A DNA stretch of 64,000 nt from Octopus vulgaris (GCA_951406725.2 OX597820.1:51274001-51338000), one strand, 5' to 3'; shown: positions 1 through 13,369, counted from the stretch's first letter. Notes: a model not told the origin generated them from the letters alone. A program made the numbers and translations.

Positions 1-155
1 ATATATATAGATAAATGTTTTTTAAACAATAACGAAATTTTTTTTTTTAATTTAGGTGCATTTTCAACAACACATTTGCCTATATATATATGTGTGTGTA
101 TGTGTGTGTATGTGTGTATGCGTACGTATATATATATATGTATACATATATAAAT

Positions 156-352
156 GTCACCGCGTGTGTAACGTTAGCAATTTTCTTTCTCCATCTTCCC
201 TTCTTTAGACTGTTTCTATATTTCTGATGAAGTTCACCGCTCGAAACGTGAAAGTATCTTTCCTTTCTTTCCTTTCCTGGGCGTCAAATAACACTGTACT
301 TATTCCATGTCTTCGTGTTGTTGTTTTCTCTTGCTTGCCCATGTTTGGAATG
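156..352 (+). mobile_element. Short Penelope-type (pLTR-derived) element with type I hammerhead motif
   Basis: TATTT-CTGATGA(224-230)-...-GAAA(243-246)-CG...CG-TC-AAATA; TA-flanked; homologous copy at 31027-31230. Confidence 0.65.
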
Positions 353-505
353 TATATATATATATATTTGTAATCACCCCACTTGTATGGTTAACACCAT
401 ATAGATTTCCGGTGCATCCTAGTTAAAGACCATATTCATGTGAATTCATTAGAATTCACTTGAATCTCAATTACTTAAACCGTATATATATATATATATA
501 TATAT

Positions 506-895
506 ACTAGCATTAAATACCCGTAGTTGCCGGATCATAGTGCTAGTGCATGTATATATGTGTATATATATGTGTACATATTACATGTAGATCTATATAT
601 ATATACATCTGCACATAAAATAAAAAGTCATATCTTGATATGGCTAGTGATAACAATACTCAAAATATATAACAGACTGGAATTGTTAGCCCGTCTCTTG
701 TAATTTCAATCAATTGTATCTTGTCCTCCCTCTTGTATAGAAGTGTGGCTACAATCCGACGGCTGCAGGGAAATTCGTTTTTGGATCCTAAGTAAGGTAT
801 GTGTAAAATTTGAATGAAATTGGTTGTGTAGTTCTCAAGTTTTAGGGAAACACACAGACAGACACACAGTCTCAGTTTTATATATATATAAAGAT
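506..895 (+). mobile_element. Non-autonomous Helentron/HINE-like element
   Basis: Starts ACTAGC...ACCCG; ends AAATTTGAATGAAATTGG...CAGACAGAC...TTTTATATATATATAAAGAT, the typical HINE/DINE-like layout. Confidence 0.55.
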
Positions 896-902
896 ATATA
901 TA

Positions 903-1226
903 TGCTGAGACCCCCTTCGTTCATGACTAACCATGGGATTGCACCTGACAAGTTACTTTCCTAGACACAATTCCGAGCGATTTTGCTTATGGAAGACCAG
1001 CAGTCACCTATGGATACCGGCCTTCCCTCTTCCCGCCACCAGTGTTACACAAGGGAAAAAGAAGGCCGATACATCTTGGCATCTGAACGTCGGAATTCAT
1101 TTTTACAGCTTAGTGTACTGGAACAACGGGAAATAAAGTCTCTTGCTGGAGAATACAACACGCAGCTTGGTCGAGGATTCGAACACACAACCTCACGATC
1201 GTAATCTCGACGCTCTAACCACTGAG
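903..1226 (-). mobile_element. tRNA-derived SINE (family A)
   Basis: Reverse-complement homolog of 58885-59199; A/B-box-like head on the minus strand. Confidence 0.8.
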
Positions 1227-1249
1227 AATTCTATTTTTGAATCACTTTA

Positions 1250-2338
1250 GAATCTTCTTTTTTTTTCCAGTTAATGGAATGTTAAGTTACGAAAACTAGC
1301 ATTTTCAACACCTTTTTTTTACCTTTTAATCAAGGTTTTAAAACTGCAAAATCTGCTTGCGACATTTATATTGAGAGGGTTCCATAGCTGGAAGAAGCCC
1401 TCGTGATTGTTATGCAAAGTTCAAAAATGGAAATTTTGATCTCAAAGACGCACGTCGTCCAGTTAAGTTCGAACGGAGCGATTAAACCAACTTTTACACG
1501 AAATTTCCCGTCAGATGACAAGGCAACTGGCAGAGAAAATGGAATTCTTCAACACTGCAATAGAGAAGCTTCTTGACTCGATGGGAAAGGTTCAGAAGTA
1601 TGGGACATGAGTCCCGCAAGCTTAAGTGACAACGAAGATCAACGAGCATCAATCTCCTCTGGTTTACTGGCTCTTCACTGCTCAACGTATGGACAGAAGT
1701 AACGATTTCTGAACCCAATCGTTACTGGCGACGAAAAATGGTTCCTCTACAAGAATATGAAGCATCATAAGGAATGGCTTAGCGCCGGTAAACAAGTGAC
1801 ACCGCACGTGAAACAAGATCTTCATGCGCGTAAAACGTGGGATTGGGAAGGGATTATCCATTACGAATTGCTTGAACGGAACGAAACGGTCAGAGCGGAA
1901 CTTTATATTCAACAAATGGAACGACTCAACACGGCTATTCAAAAGAAAAGAGCTAATCGCCAGCATGGGGTTCTTCTGCTGCACGAAACCGTCCACCCTC
2001 ATATCGCCATTCAAACGCATGGCTGGGAAATGATGCTACACCCGCCGCACTCTACTGATTTGGTACCAACGGAATTCCACCTGTTTCGATCTCTTTCAAA
2101 TGCTATGCGCGGAGTTTCGTTCAATACTGATGCAGAATTGAGAGCTTGGTTAGATCAATTTTTCGAATCGAAATCGGGTGATTTCTACCAATGAGTTTAT
2201 TGAAAATCTTGTTGAACATTGGGAATAAGTACTATACAAAGGTGAATACATTATTGATTAATTAGTTATTGTTTTTTATTAAACCTTTTGAAAATTTGAA
2301 ATTTTAAAAAACGACGGGAACTTAGTTGCCAACTTAAT
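1250..2338 (+). mobile_element. Decayed mariner transposon (transposase pseudogene plus right TIR)
   Basis: IVTGDEKW at 1719-1742; ORF 1757-2194 WDWEGIIHYELL...HPPHSTDLVPTEFHLFRSL; TIR-like end GAACTTAGTTGCCAACTTAAT. Confidence 0.9.
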
Positions 2339-3498
2339 TTATATATATAGTAAATACCTGAAGGATCAAAATTAATCATAAGACATACTATGTATGTGTA
2401 CATAGTTATTGTCATTGATTTTTCGACGATTGAAATAAGAGTTTTGGCAGTTATTTCCTGCAGGTAGACATACTTAGTATGTTCTGTGATTTGTTCTAAT
2501 CCATCGGCTGTTTAATGCTTTTTGGTCCTGTGATCGCCTATATTATGATTCACTTAGTGTCATTTTTAATTGTTACACTAGATTATAACACAGTCAATAA
2601 TATCTTAGAAAATATTTTCTCCTGAATTATTAGCTCCGTAAAGAAATTATATATATATGACTTTGAAGGTTTACAGTGCGTGATTGGATTCGGTTTATAG
2701 CTAAGCGTGGAAACAGGATCCAAACCGCAGTTGTGAATTTGTATTTGTTTTCCTTGTTATTTCATCGATTTCTATTTTGAGATTTCACGTTTATATATTT
2801 ATTTGATTTTGAGAAACCTAAACTGCTTTGGAAATGAGGATTCAAAAGAAGTGCCAAAAAAAACAAAATGTTACGTGGTATCCGTTGCATTTTACTTAAT
2901 CTTTGTCCAGGAACTAATACTATTGGAAGAAATTACGCAGCAACTTTAAAATTAACTCACGAGAATCAACTTCATTACTAGCAAGACATATGATTGCTTG
3001 CTAGTATAAATAAATAAAGAAATATGTATACATACATATAAATATGTATATCTATATATATATATATATCAACAATAAAGGAACGGCCATAATAGGCCAT
3101 TCACCCACTAGAAATAACAGGGTAAATGTTTTTAAATTTTCTCCTGGTTTACTAAATTAACTTTTATTTGCGGTTGAAGCTTTGGCTGTTATTTCTAGTG
3201 GGTGAATGGCCTATTATGGCCGTTCCTTTATTGTTGATGTTGAACTTAAAAATGGTCTTTGACTATTTTAATTTTTTCCTACTAGCCGCTGGTGGCAAAA
3301 GAATTCTACAAAATTTTTTTGCCACCCTATATTGATTAATTATGAATTTTCTGGTTAATTCCGTAATGGAATCGACGGCTTATATTTATTTGCTGCCGAT
3401 AAATTTGGCGCGAGTGCGACGATTTGAAAATTTTAGGTCAGATATTAACTTGGCAACGTCGGAAATGCCTCGTGAAAATATCTGTTCCGTCTTGGGCT

Positions 3499-3605
3499 AT
3501 TTCTTACTGAAGAATCTGAGGGCCTGTGGAAGATTGGCTTGATTTAATTTAATCAGGTTAGTTTACCATTAATCAGCAGATGAAACGGTATATCGTATAA
3601 GAAAT
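3499..3605 (+). ncRNA. Type I hammerhead ribozyme, copy 1
   Basis: Helix I ATTTCTTA/TAAGAAAT; CTGAAGA 3507-3513; helix II ATCTG/CAGAT; GAAA 3582-3585; helix III ACGG-TATA-TCGT; cleavage triplet GTA ending at 3597. Confidence 0.88.
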
Positions 3606-3991
3606 TACAGGGTAAATGTTTTTTAAATTTTCTCCTGGTTTACTGAATTAACTTTTATTTGCGGTTGAAGCTTTGGCTGTTATTTCTAGTGGGTGAATGG
3701 CCTATTATGGCCGTTCCTTTATTGTTGATGTTGAACTTAAAAATGGTCTTTGACTATTTAAATTTTTTCCTACTAGGCCGCTGGTGGCAAAAGAATTCTA
3801 CAAAATTTTTTTTGCCACCCTATATTGATTAATTATGAATTTTCTGGTTAATTCCGTAATGGAATCGACGGCTTATATTTATTTGCTGCCGATAAATTTG
3901 GCGCGAGTGCGACGATTTGAAAATTTTAGGTCAGATATTAACTTGGCAACGTCGGAAATGCCTCGTGAAAATATCTGTTCCGTCTTGGGCT

Positions 3992-4098
3992 ATTTCTTAC
4001 TGAAGAATCTGAGGGCCTGTGGAAGATTGGCTTGATTTAATTTAATCAGGTTAGTTTACCATTAATCAGCAGATGAAACGGTATATCGTATAAGAAAT
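3992..4098 (+). ncRNA. Type I hammerhead ribozyme, copy 2
   Basis: Identical to copy 1, offset 493 bp. Confidence 0.88.
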
Positions 4099-4485
4099 TA
4101 CAGGGTAAATGTTTTTTAAATTTTCTCCTGGTTTACTGAATTAACTTTTATTTGCGGTTGAAGCTTTGGCTGTTATTTCTAGTGGGTGAATGGCCTATTA
4201 TGGCCGTTCCTTTATTGTTGATGTTGAACTTAAAAATGGTCTTTGACTATTTAAATGTTTTCCTACTAGGCCGCTGGTGGCAAAAGAATTCTACAAAATT
4301 TTTTTTTGCCACCCTATATTGATTAATTATGAATTTTCTGGTTAATTCCGTAATGGAATCGACGGCTTATATTTATTTGCTGCCGATAAATTTGGCGCGA
4401 GTGCGACGATTTGAAAATTTTAGGTCAGATATTAACTTGGCAACGTCGGAAATGCCTCGTGAAAATATCTGTTCCGTCTTGGGCT

Positions 4486-4592
4486 ATTTCTTACTGAAGA
4501 ATCTGAGGGCCTGTGGAAGATTGGCTTGATTTAATTTAATCAGGTTAGTTTACCATTAATCAGCAGATGAAACGGTATATCGTATAAGAAAT
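4486..4592 (+). ncRNA. Type I hammerhead ribozyme, copy 3
   Basis: Identical to copy 2, offset a further 494 bp. Confidence 0.88.
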
Positions 4593-4815
4593 TACAGGGT
4601 AAATGTTTTTTAAATTTTCTCCTGGTTTACTGAATTAACTTTTATTTGCGGTTGAAGCTTTGGCTGTTATTTCTAGTGGGTGAATGGCCTATTATGGCCG
4701 TTCCTTTATTGTTGATGTTGAACTTAAAAATGGTCTTTGACTATTTTAATTTTTTCCTACTAGGCCGCTGGTGGCAAAAGAATTCTACAAAATTTTTTTT
4801 GCCACCCTATATTGA

Positions 4816-4866
<51 letters not shown>

Positions 4867-4933
4867 TATGTATATATATATATGTATATATAAATGTATA
4901 TGTTTATACAAATACATATACATACAGACACAC

Positions 4934-4970
<37 letters not shown>

Positions 4971-5011
4971 CGCCCGTGTGTGTGTGTGCGTGTTTATGTT
5001 TATGTGTGTAT

Positions 5012-5420
5012 GTCTACAGACATCATATTAACGATTTACCGATCTTTAACAAATTTTGAGCAAATCTTACCATCAATGGTATTTTCCAGAACGAATCAAA
5101 GTATATATGATGTTTAGATTTAATCTATTTATGCACAATTAAATCTTAGATCTGAAAAGATGCCGTGGTTTCGAATTCGGTGTCCATGTTTAACTATGCC
5201 GAATGCTTCATCAACGTGTCGAGGTATTATCGTGATATCAAAATACATTTAGAGATTTAGGCATGCAAGATATTGCATTTCTGACATCGCATATGGTATC
5301 GCAATAAGTGAATAAATCTTCTTATTTGTGAAAATGGTGTTTACTTGAACATTATGGTGTACTATGTTACTAAGGTAAAATAAAAATGTTACACATTTAA
5401 TTTGTCAATGGCGTGAGAAG
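5012..5420 (+). pseudogene. Possible Cys-loop receptor-like remnant (N-terminal domain)
   Basis: IYRSLTNFEQ...NQSIYDV*I resembles IYSSHLEFPRQ of the 53-56 kb copy; LICENGV downstream in another frame. Confidence 0.3.
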
Positions 5421-5517
5421 TACTTGATAGGTAATATGATATATAAACACATTTGTATCCATGCTTATATACGTATGTATATTTGTGCGCGTGTATATAT
5501 ATATATGCATATATATA

Positions 5518-5566
<49 letters not shown>

Positions 5567-5797
5567 ATAATAAATATTAGGGAATAAATCCAAATTTACA
5601 GGGAAAAAATATGATGGGAAAGCTTCCTTTAAAGAGCTATACCTTCTATCATCCATTATGATACACCTCATACTCTGGTCGTAACTATTTACATTGTCTT
5701 TTTGAAATTCTTCTCTCTAGATTTTAGGTTGAATATGATTTTATCTATAAGATTATTGTGTTATATACATGCATAGATACATAGATACATACGTACA

Positions 5798-5852
<55 letters not shown>

Positions 5853-5889
5853 TTGCATACATATAAATACAAAAGTATGCATGTATATG

Positions 5890-5949
<60 letters not shown>

Positions 5950-6149
5950 ATATATATACATACACACATATACATATAAACACACGCATACACATATACA
6001 CATATATAGATAGATAGATATACATGAATAGTCACATATACTTGCATGCGTCCATAAATTTGTTGATATATAAACGTAAGTTGTACTCATATACGTATCT
6101 GTACTAATCGTTGTATAGGTGTACGACATACAATTAAACAAATAAAGAA

Positions 6150-7420
6150 TGTGAAGATGTTTCTCATAAAACTTCAAATTTCATGGAACCATTTATATTC
6201 TGACAGAAGACATCATCTGGAATGTCACGCCTAGTTTTCACGACCCCATTTATAACATTTATATAAACCATTATAAAATTACACATGTAATTTCCAAAAT
6301 CGAAGATAAATGAAAAACACTCTGCTTCTGTATTCCTGAATAAACATGACAATATATGTTGCATGCTTTACCTTAAATTTTATATAGTCTTTACACATTC
6401 ATATTGACATCAAAATTGCAGTCACGCAATATTTAATATATAGTTGAAGCTACTAAATGACTTTGTTACACGTAAATTCATATGCTCAGTTGTAGCAACT
6501 TTACATAAAATGGATACTAATTTTATCGGATTTGCTAAATTTGTCATCGTTCAGTAAACGTGTTAAGACCTACTTGAAATTTCATAAATTTTGGTGTTTT
6601 AACTCCAGCGTAACTAATGAACATTTTCAAGCTGATTATCTCTTTCACACAAAAAGTGACCTTTGGTAACAGTACATCTGTGACTTTTACTTCTAAACGT
6701 TTATACATGATTTGTAAGTGTTGATTTTTAAATGCGTATGATATATTCAAAGATAACATTTTTTTAGGTTTTTGGGTAGTTGATTCTCATGTCTGTCAGT
6801 ATTAGCTCAATTTATTTTCCTATTTTAATTGCTATAATTATGTTACATATTTATTGTAATATATCGGGATGGTCATTTCCTTTTTTTGCGAAATAAACAC
6901 ATGCCTTATATATTCCTTCTTCCCATGTTTATTATTGTTCTTAATTTATGCCCATGGTCTGGAATCTTTCATCACACATCTGTGATCTCTTCAGCGACCA
7001 TTTATTTTGCAAGAAAATATAAATGACCAATCTGAAGTCTAACAATATCTGTTTCAACACACGGTTTTACATCAGAAAACTTGTAAAATAAATTTGTAAA
7101 CATATTTTAGTCTATCTTTGAGTTAAACGGTTGATGGTTCAGCAAACGTGCAACATGGATATTTAAGCAACACCATGCGGAAAAGTAAGCTTGTATAAAT
7201 ACACACTTCATTATAGAAAGAAATGTCAAATTCTTTTGAAAGATTAAGTTGGTTCTTATTACTTGATTTCTCATCCATGATTGCCTTAATATTAAAAAAA
7301 AAAATCTGTTAAAATCACATCTAACTTCAACACTATCTCAAATCTATAAACATTTTATGAATGAAGAAATATCAATTGCATGTCAATTTACCAAAATAAT
7401 ACAAAATTATAAATATAGAA
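6150..7420 (-). pseudogene. Decayed Cys-loop receptor-like gene, interrupted by a PLE-type element
   Basis: Collinear across frames: signal-like FSIFIILYYFGKLTC; DSVEV...IKAIMDEK...KNQ; TPKFMKFQVGL; M1-like NLANPIKLVSIL; M2-like KYCVTAILMSI. Confidence 0.4.
6790..7100 (-). mobile_element. PLE-type short element with degenerate minimal hammerhead
   Basis: Minus strand TGGTCG-CTGAAGA-G-ATCACA..TGTGAT-GAAA-GATTC..GACCA at about 6955-6999; shares ends with 13426-13862. Confidence 0.55.
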
Positions 7421-7689
7421 AATCAGTTATTACTTTCGATTAGGGAAGGCGGAGGTTTTGTTTGTTTGTTTGCTTGTTTGTGGACAAGATATCTCAAGAA
7501 CCACTGGATGAAATACTTGAAAAAACTGAAAAAAGGACAATTATTTGTAGAACGTTGGATGTGGCAACGAAAACGTTGAAGTAGTAGCGGAGGAAGCGGT
7601 AGAGCAATGTCTACGAGAGATAAAGGATACAACAACATATTACCCTAGTGGAAAAAGATACGGCACAGTGGTGGTACGCTTCATAAGCG

Positions 7690-8490
7690 AAGAAGAAGCG
7701 AGGAAACACTCGTAGAAAGTACTATGGTATGTTACAAGAAATTGTAGAGATAGAAAAGAAAATTTCAAAAATGAAAGATACAATAAGGATTAAAATAGCT
7801 GACAATGAGTACACTCGACATGAGAAAGCGGTGCTGTTAGAGGAAGAACTAGCAAGAAGGTTGTGGCAAACGTGTGACCATATATCAATAGGCAGAGTGC
7901 CCCCAGAAATTGATGAGGCGTGGCTGGTGGCAGCCATCCACTATAACACAGAGGAAGCTGCTCAGGTATTGAAAATATCAAGAACGACGGAGATGAACTG
8001 TTGGGGGTATGGACCTCCACAAAATTGCGGAAGAGCTGGTGCTGCCAGATGAGACAAGATTAAGGTTCGTGGTGGAAGGGAGTCCTCCAGTATGTTATTT
8101 ATGTGAGTAAGGGACGCATGAAAACAAAGTGTCCCCAGCAACACGAACAGAAGGAGGCGGGGAAAAAGCGCCAGGAAGAAGAGGGCGCAACAGCGGAGGA
8201 GGAGGATATGGTGGAAAAATATACAGTGGTAGAAAGAAATAGGAGTTATGTGATTTCTCTACCTAAAAGCCCGAAGAAGAAAAGAATGGCAGAGGAGAAC
8301 AAGAACGAGAAAAGAAGGAATGATGAGCCAAGTGAGGAACGAACACAAAGACCGATGCATTCAACTAGTAAGGAGGAGGATGGGCGGAAGAAGAAGAAAC
8401 ATGAAAGGGAGAAGGAAAGACAGAAGAAGAGGGTGGTGAGGAACTGCAGAGAGGGCCACCGTAGGGGAAATATGAAAGAACTATGAACTA
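7690..8490 (+). mobile_element. Non-LTR retrotransposon ORF1-like remnant
   Basis: IGRVPPEIDEAWLVAA resembles VEEIPSDVDVTWLL at 45.6 kb; followed by a K/E/R-rich tail. Confidence 0.35.
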
Positions 8491-8579
8491 TGTTATAAAA
8501 AAAGTTTAGAGATAGAAAAGAATGCTCTTGTTTTTTTTTTAATTTATCTTTAATTTTGGTAAAACAGTCATTTTTGAAA

Positions 8580-8830
8580 CGTTTAGAAAATTAGGGAAGT
8601 CCAATAAAATTATGCCACAACCGTGTTATTAATATTTACAATGACGAGTATCTTATGTATCCTCAATAAATATTAAAAACTTTCCGTTCGTAGAACGCTC
8701 TTTTTCAAAACATTTTAAACTTTGAAATGATTTGATATTTCTGAAATCATAATTTGGACCAGATTCTTATAACAGTAGATTAAAACATTTGCATTAAATA
8801 AAAGTAATCAATATTTCACTTCTTCTGGAG
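8580..8830 (-). pseudogene. Possible Cys-loop receptor-like N-terminal fragment
   Basis: SLKCFEKERSTNGKFLIFIEDT*DTRH resembles the DEK...W-x-D-x-R segment. Confidence 0.3.
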
Positions 8831-9004
8831 AATAAATTTAAGTGAGAGGTACATGGAAACAGGAGGAGGCTGTGAAAGGAAGAGATAGATAACAAAATTG
8901 CTAAGTGTTTGTGTATGCATCTAGAGGTGCGTATGAGCTTATATGCGTGTGTTTATGCATGTATGTGTGTGTGTGAGTGTGTGTGTGCACATGTGTGTGT
9001 GTCT

Positions 9005-9035
<31 letters not shown>

Positions 9036-9199
9036 TGTGTGTGTGTGTGTCTATATATCCGCAATATGACTGAAATTTAAGAAAGTTTCTTTGCAAATAT
9101 GAGATGACTGTTCGATACCGAGGCGTAGCAACATTGAAAAATATTATTTTCTCTAATCCCGATTTGAACTTAGAATGTGCGTGAAACTGGGTTGATTGA

Positions 9200-9757
9200 A
9201 ATAAGTTAAATATATTTTTAATTCAGAAAGATACGGGCTTGTTATACATTTCTTGACATTGATTCTGTCAGAGAAATAACTCAAAGATACGTAACACCGT
9301 GGAATACTCAACTACTAACTCAATAAGAACCGTGTACGTTATTCAGGTGATCGAATTCCTGAATCCTCACCTCAGCCAGATAACAACAACCGTCACTATC
9401 ATATCAATTTAAAAACATTAAATATGTATAGGCTTTAGCATATGTAAATGCATATACAGAGGAATGAGTGTATCTGTGTGTTTGTCTGTATGCATGTATT
9501 TGTATGTGCCTATCTAACTACCCATTCAACTACATACATACACAAAAGACACATAATCATACGTATATACATATATACATACACACACATGTACACACAC
9601 GCACACACTCACACACACACACGCACACACACACACACCTATATATATATATATATACTTTGGTGAGAGAAAAGAAATCGATAATCTTAAATTTTATTCA
9701 ATACTCGAATGCATCTGCCAATATTCTGCTTTAATCTCCCAATCTCATATGAACATA

Positions 9758-9797
<40 letters not shown>

Positions 9798-9973
9798 AAA
9801 CTAAATATTGATGCTTTATATATAAACAATATACAATCATGGACATTAATATGCGATCGAAAAGTAACAACGCCAATGAAAAGATTATCACGATACATAC
9901 GCACACACACACACACACATTCATACACGCACACATATCATATACGTATAGAGAGGTGGAAACACAGCTAGCG

Positions 9974-10045
<72 letters not shown>

Positions 10046-10490
10046 GCTTATGTACATGCGTATATGGATTATCGAAGATATTATAGTACTCATTACAAAC
10101 ACTGGGGTTACATGATCTTGATCCTGAAGTTATGCAAAAATGTCTATTGTAATTGGACATTAAACTTCCACTGTATTCTTGCTGATTTATTTGTAATACA
10201 TGATTCACTTATCCCACACAAAATCAAATTTATTCTTCTACTACCTAATATAACATTGTAATATATCACATCTTGACTCGATATATTGATAAGAAGGAAC
10301 CCAGAAAGTATGAATAAAATATATATCCCCAGAAAGATTGTTTTATATGAATAATATCAAATACCATTTCGTTGAGAACACCAATTTGAGATGAATAAGT
10401 GGTTGAAGCTAAAGGATTGGCTAAACGTAAAAGGGAATGTATATCAAAATTTCAGATCAAAGGGGAGAAAATTCAATATAGTGGAAGTGG
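9200..10490 (+). pseudogene. Decayed Cys-loop receptor-like gene
   Basis: FLDIDSVREI near 9250; pre-M1/M1 LDILIRRNPESMNKIYIPRKIVL from 10277; GEKIQY at 10462-10479. Confidence 0.55.
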
Positions 10491-10710
10491 TAGAGCGGGT
10501 GGATACCCTTCAGCAGTCTCTTTGAAACTAAAATTGCTGTATATAAGTGTATATGTTTAATATTATTACACGTAAGTGTTATTGTATATGGATGCTCGAC
10601 TAGCTAGAAAAAGCCATCAGTCCTTCCTTAAACCATTCCATGCCGACTTCAAAATCAGACGAAACATTGCAAAAATATATTATGCCTTCAAAAATAAAGC
10701 AACATATGTG

Positions 10711-11146
10711 CAGTTCTATATTTAAGAGATGAGGAATTATATACACTATTTACATTATATACATTCGACGGATATCTGTCCTCATCTTGTTTGTTGTTAA
10801 CACAACGTTTCGGCTGATATAACCCCCAGGTGTCTTGGGGAAATTTAGAACCTGGTTTCTCATTCCTAACTATTTACATTATTTTACACAAACTATTTAC
10901 ACTATTTACGTTATTTACATTCGACGAATATTTGTCCTCATCTTGTTTGTTGTTAACAACGTTCCTGCTGATATACCCTCCAGCTTTCTTCAGGTGTCTT
11001 GGGGAAATTTAGGAATGAGAATGCAGGTTCGAAATTTCCCCAATACACCCGAAGAAGGCTGGAGGGTACATCAGCCGGAACGTTGTGTTAACAACAAACA
11101 AGATGAGGACAAATATCTGTCGAATGTAAATAATGTAAATAATGAA
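10711..11146. mobile_element. PLE-derived element: two tandem minus copies plus one inverted copy, hammerhead cores degenerate
   Basis: Consensus CTGAAGA-A-GGCTG..CAGCC-GAAA-CG...CG-TC can be rebuilt from the three copies; each copy is damaged in a core motif. Confidence 0.7.
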
Positions 11147-11446
11147 TATATGTTTAGTTGCAATGTTCTTATTTAGAGACCTGCTTAGGATAATACAGAC
11201 GGACACACACACATACACATACATGGAAGTGCTATATATTACTCCAGGCAATTCATAGTACATATACTGATAAGCACATAGATATATACTCAAAGTATAA
11301 ACCTCAGTAATATTGGGATGTCTGCACTGACACGTATGTTATGAAACTCGGAACTAACAGATAAAAGACTGGATAAACTATAAGAAAAGCATCAACAATC
11401 TCGTTGAGGAATGTATTTCTTAAGCTCTATGACTATTTATATATTA

Positions 11447-12130
11447 TTTTATTCTTTTATTTGTTTCAGTTATTTGACTGCGGCCATGCTGAAGCGCTGC
11501 CTTTACTCGAGCAGATTGCCCCCAGGACTTATACTTTGTAAACCTAGTAATTGCTCTATCGGTCTATTTTGATGAACCACTAGCTTACAGGGCACACCAA
11601 CATCGGTTGTGAAGCGTTGGTGACGTGGGACAAACACAGATACACAGGCACATATATATAAGCATTAAACACAGACACAGATACAAACACATATATATAT
11701 GTTGATATATATATTATATGTGGAGGCGTAATGGCCCAATTGTGGTCGTAGGATCGCGGTTTCGATTCCCAGTCCGGGCGTTGTGAGTGTTTTTTGAGCG
11801 AAAACACCTAAAGCTCCACGAGGCTCCGGCAGGGGGTGGTGGCGATCCCTGCTGTATTCTTTCGCCGCAACTTTCTCTCACTCCTTCTTCTGTTGGCCTG
11901 CTCGCTTAGCCAGCGGGGTGGCGTCATTTGAAGGCTAAAACAATGCGAAGGGCATTGTCACCAGCGATATGTAGCAACATCTGATCGCCTGGTCAGTCAA
12001 CGGGCTTCTTTCAGTTTCCGTCTACCGTATCCACACTCTCGGCTTTGTAAAAGGCATTTACCGAAGGTGTAACACAGTGTGACTTAACTTGAAATGATGT
12101 GTTTGGGAAGGAAGCTTCTTACTACTCAGT
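11447..12130 (-). mobile_element. SINE (family C) with a nested SINE in its internal microsatellite
   Basis: 11447-11700 and 12001-12130 match consecutive parts of 59213-59625. Confidence 0.75.
11722..11999 (+). mobile_element. tRNA-derived SINE (family B)
   Basis: Homolog of 26895-27196; B box GGTTTCGATTCC. Confidence 0.8.
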
Positions 12131-12262
12131 AAATAAGTGTACAAGTTTACACCTACACTTACACACACATACGTATATATACACAAAAACACGTACACGC
12201 GCATATATTCACATATATTCACACACACACACATAGACATACACACACTTACACACAAACAC

Positions 12263-12306
<44 letters not shown>

Positions 12307-12437
12307 TAAACATATATATTCCCCTGTGTACCATACCAAGTGATACTTGATTATATGATTGAGTTAAACTGTTTCGATGACACAATCACCGCATAATTGG
12401 ATACGCGCATATTGATTTACATTTAGACGGGAACGTC

Positions 12438-12488
<51 letters not shown>

Positions 12489-13109
12489 GCATATCTTTGA
12501 TCTACGTTAGAGAAATTGGTTAATAGAACATATATAATTATTTAAGTCTTCGGGGGATTGTGGACCAAACGTACTTCCACAAGCCTGATTGAACTTATTG
12601 CATATTACCGTTCGTAATTTTTGTGTAATATAATTTATTCTAACCTTTACTCTTTTGCTTTTCTCAATATACATTTATTGAGTTTGTCTCTATACTATTT
12701 TCGTCTTTGTTTACCTCCAACCATCCTTTCTGATCATTTGACTTCGTCTACGTAGTCAAAATGAAGTCACCCTCTTCATTGAAATATATATAAGACAATT
12801 GCAACGGAGAATTGGGCCTAGTTTTCCATGTTTTACACGTGAGTCATCCAGTACAACTGTATTACATCAACATAGGCTCACTCCAGGTATACCTGCAGAT
12901 ACTTCTGTTTCATCATATGGTCTTGCTAAGAAATGTTCATTAATGACCGTAACAGGCATAACCGATACCTTATCAGGTTACACTCTTTTACGCTTTTAGT
13001 CTTCTCGGCCTCGCCGCTGCGGTCATTCCTTTTCACTACTGTGGTCTTTCTGATTTTCTCAGTCTTCGATGTTTCACATCACCACTCCTGTATGTACCTT
13101 TCTCCCTGC

Positions 13110-13369
13110 TGTTACCCAACAGGGGAGTTTGATTCTCCTGCCCTCGTCTGCACCACATGTCGGGCTGCTGGATCATCCGGTATTATGGAGAGAAGGTTGT
13201 CTAGTTCCTTCTTGAAGATATCTACATCCACATTACGCAGATTTCTTAATTTTTTGGGCTGGGCATTCAAGAGCTGCGGGCCTTTGAACATCAGACCATT
13301 GCAGTATCTGTACCTGAACATTGTATTCGTACAAAACATTGGCTGGCGTATTTGCTTATGTACAACTGC

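Larger units (their letters stand above)
3068..4820 (+). repeat. Tandem array of about 3.5 near-identical 493-494 bp units with an inverted 5' piece (Penelope pLTR/retrozyme-like)
   Basis: Identical ORF calls at 3342, 3835 and 4329; 3068-3120 is the reverse complement of 3186-3238; (TA)n on both sides. Confidence 0.95.

Noticed and set aside
2350-2800. Additional hammerhead in a PLE-looking segment
   Set aside because: Could not assemble a CUGANGA/GAAA core with paired helices
3342-4529. Three identical 66-aa ORFs as a gene triplet
   Set aside because: By-product of the tandem repeat; no protein motif; the ORF overlaps the ribozyme and is not kept in the 19.7 kb relative
3118-4820. CRISPR-like array
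   Set aside because: Whole units are identical with no unique spacers; eukaryotic context
8103-8486. 127-aa K/E/R-rich host protein
   Set aside because: Low-complexity purine-rich tail, more consistent with a retroelement ORF1 remnant
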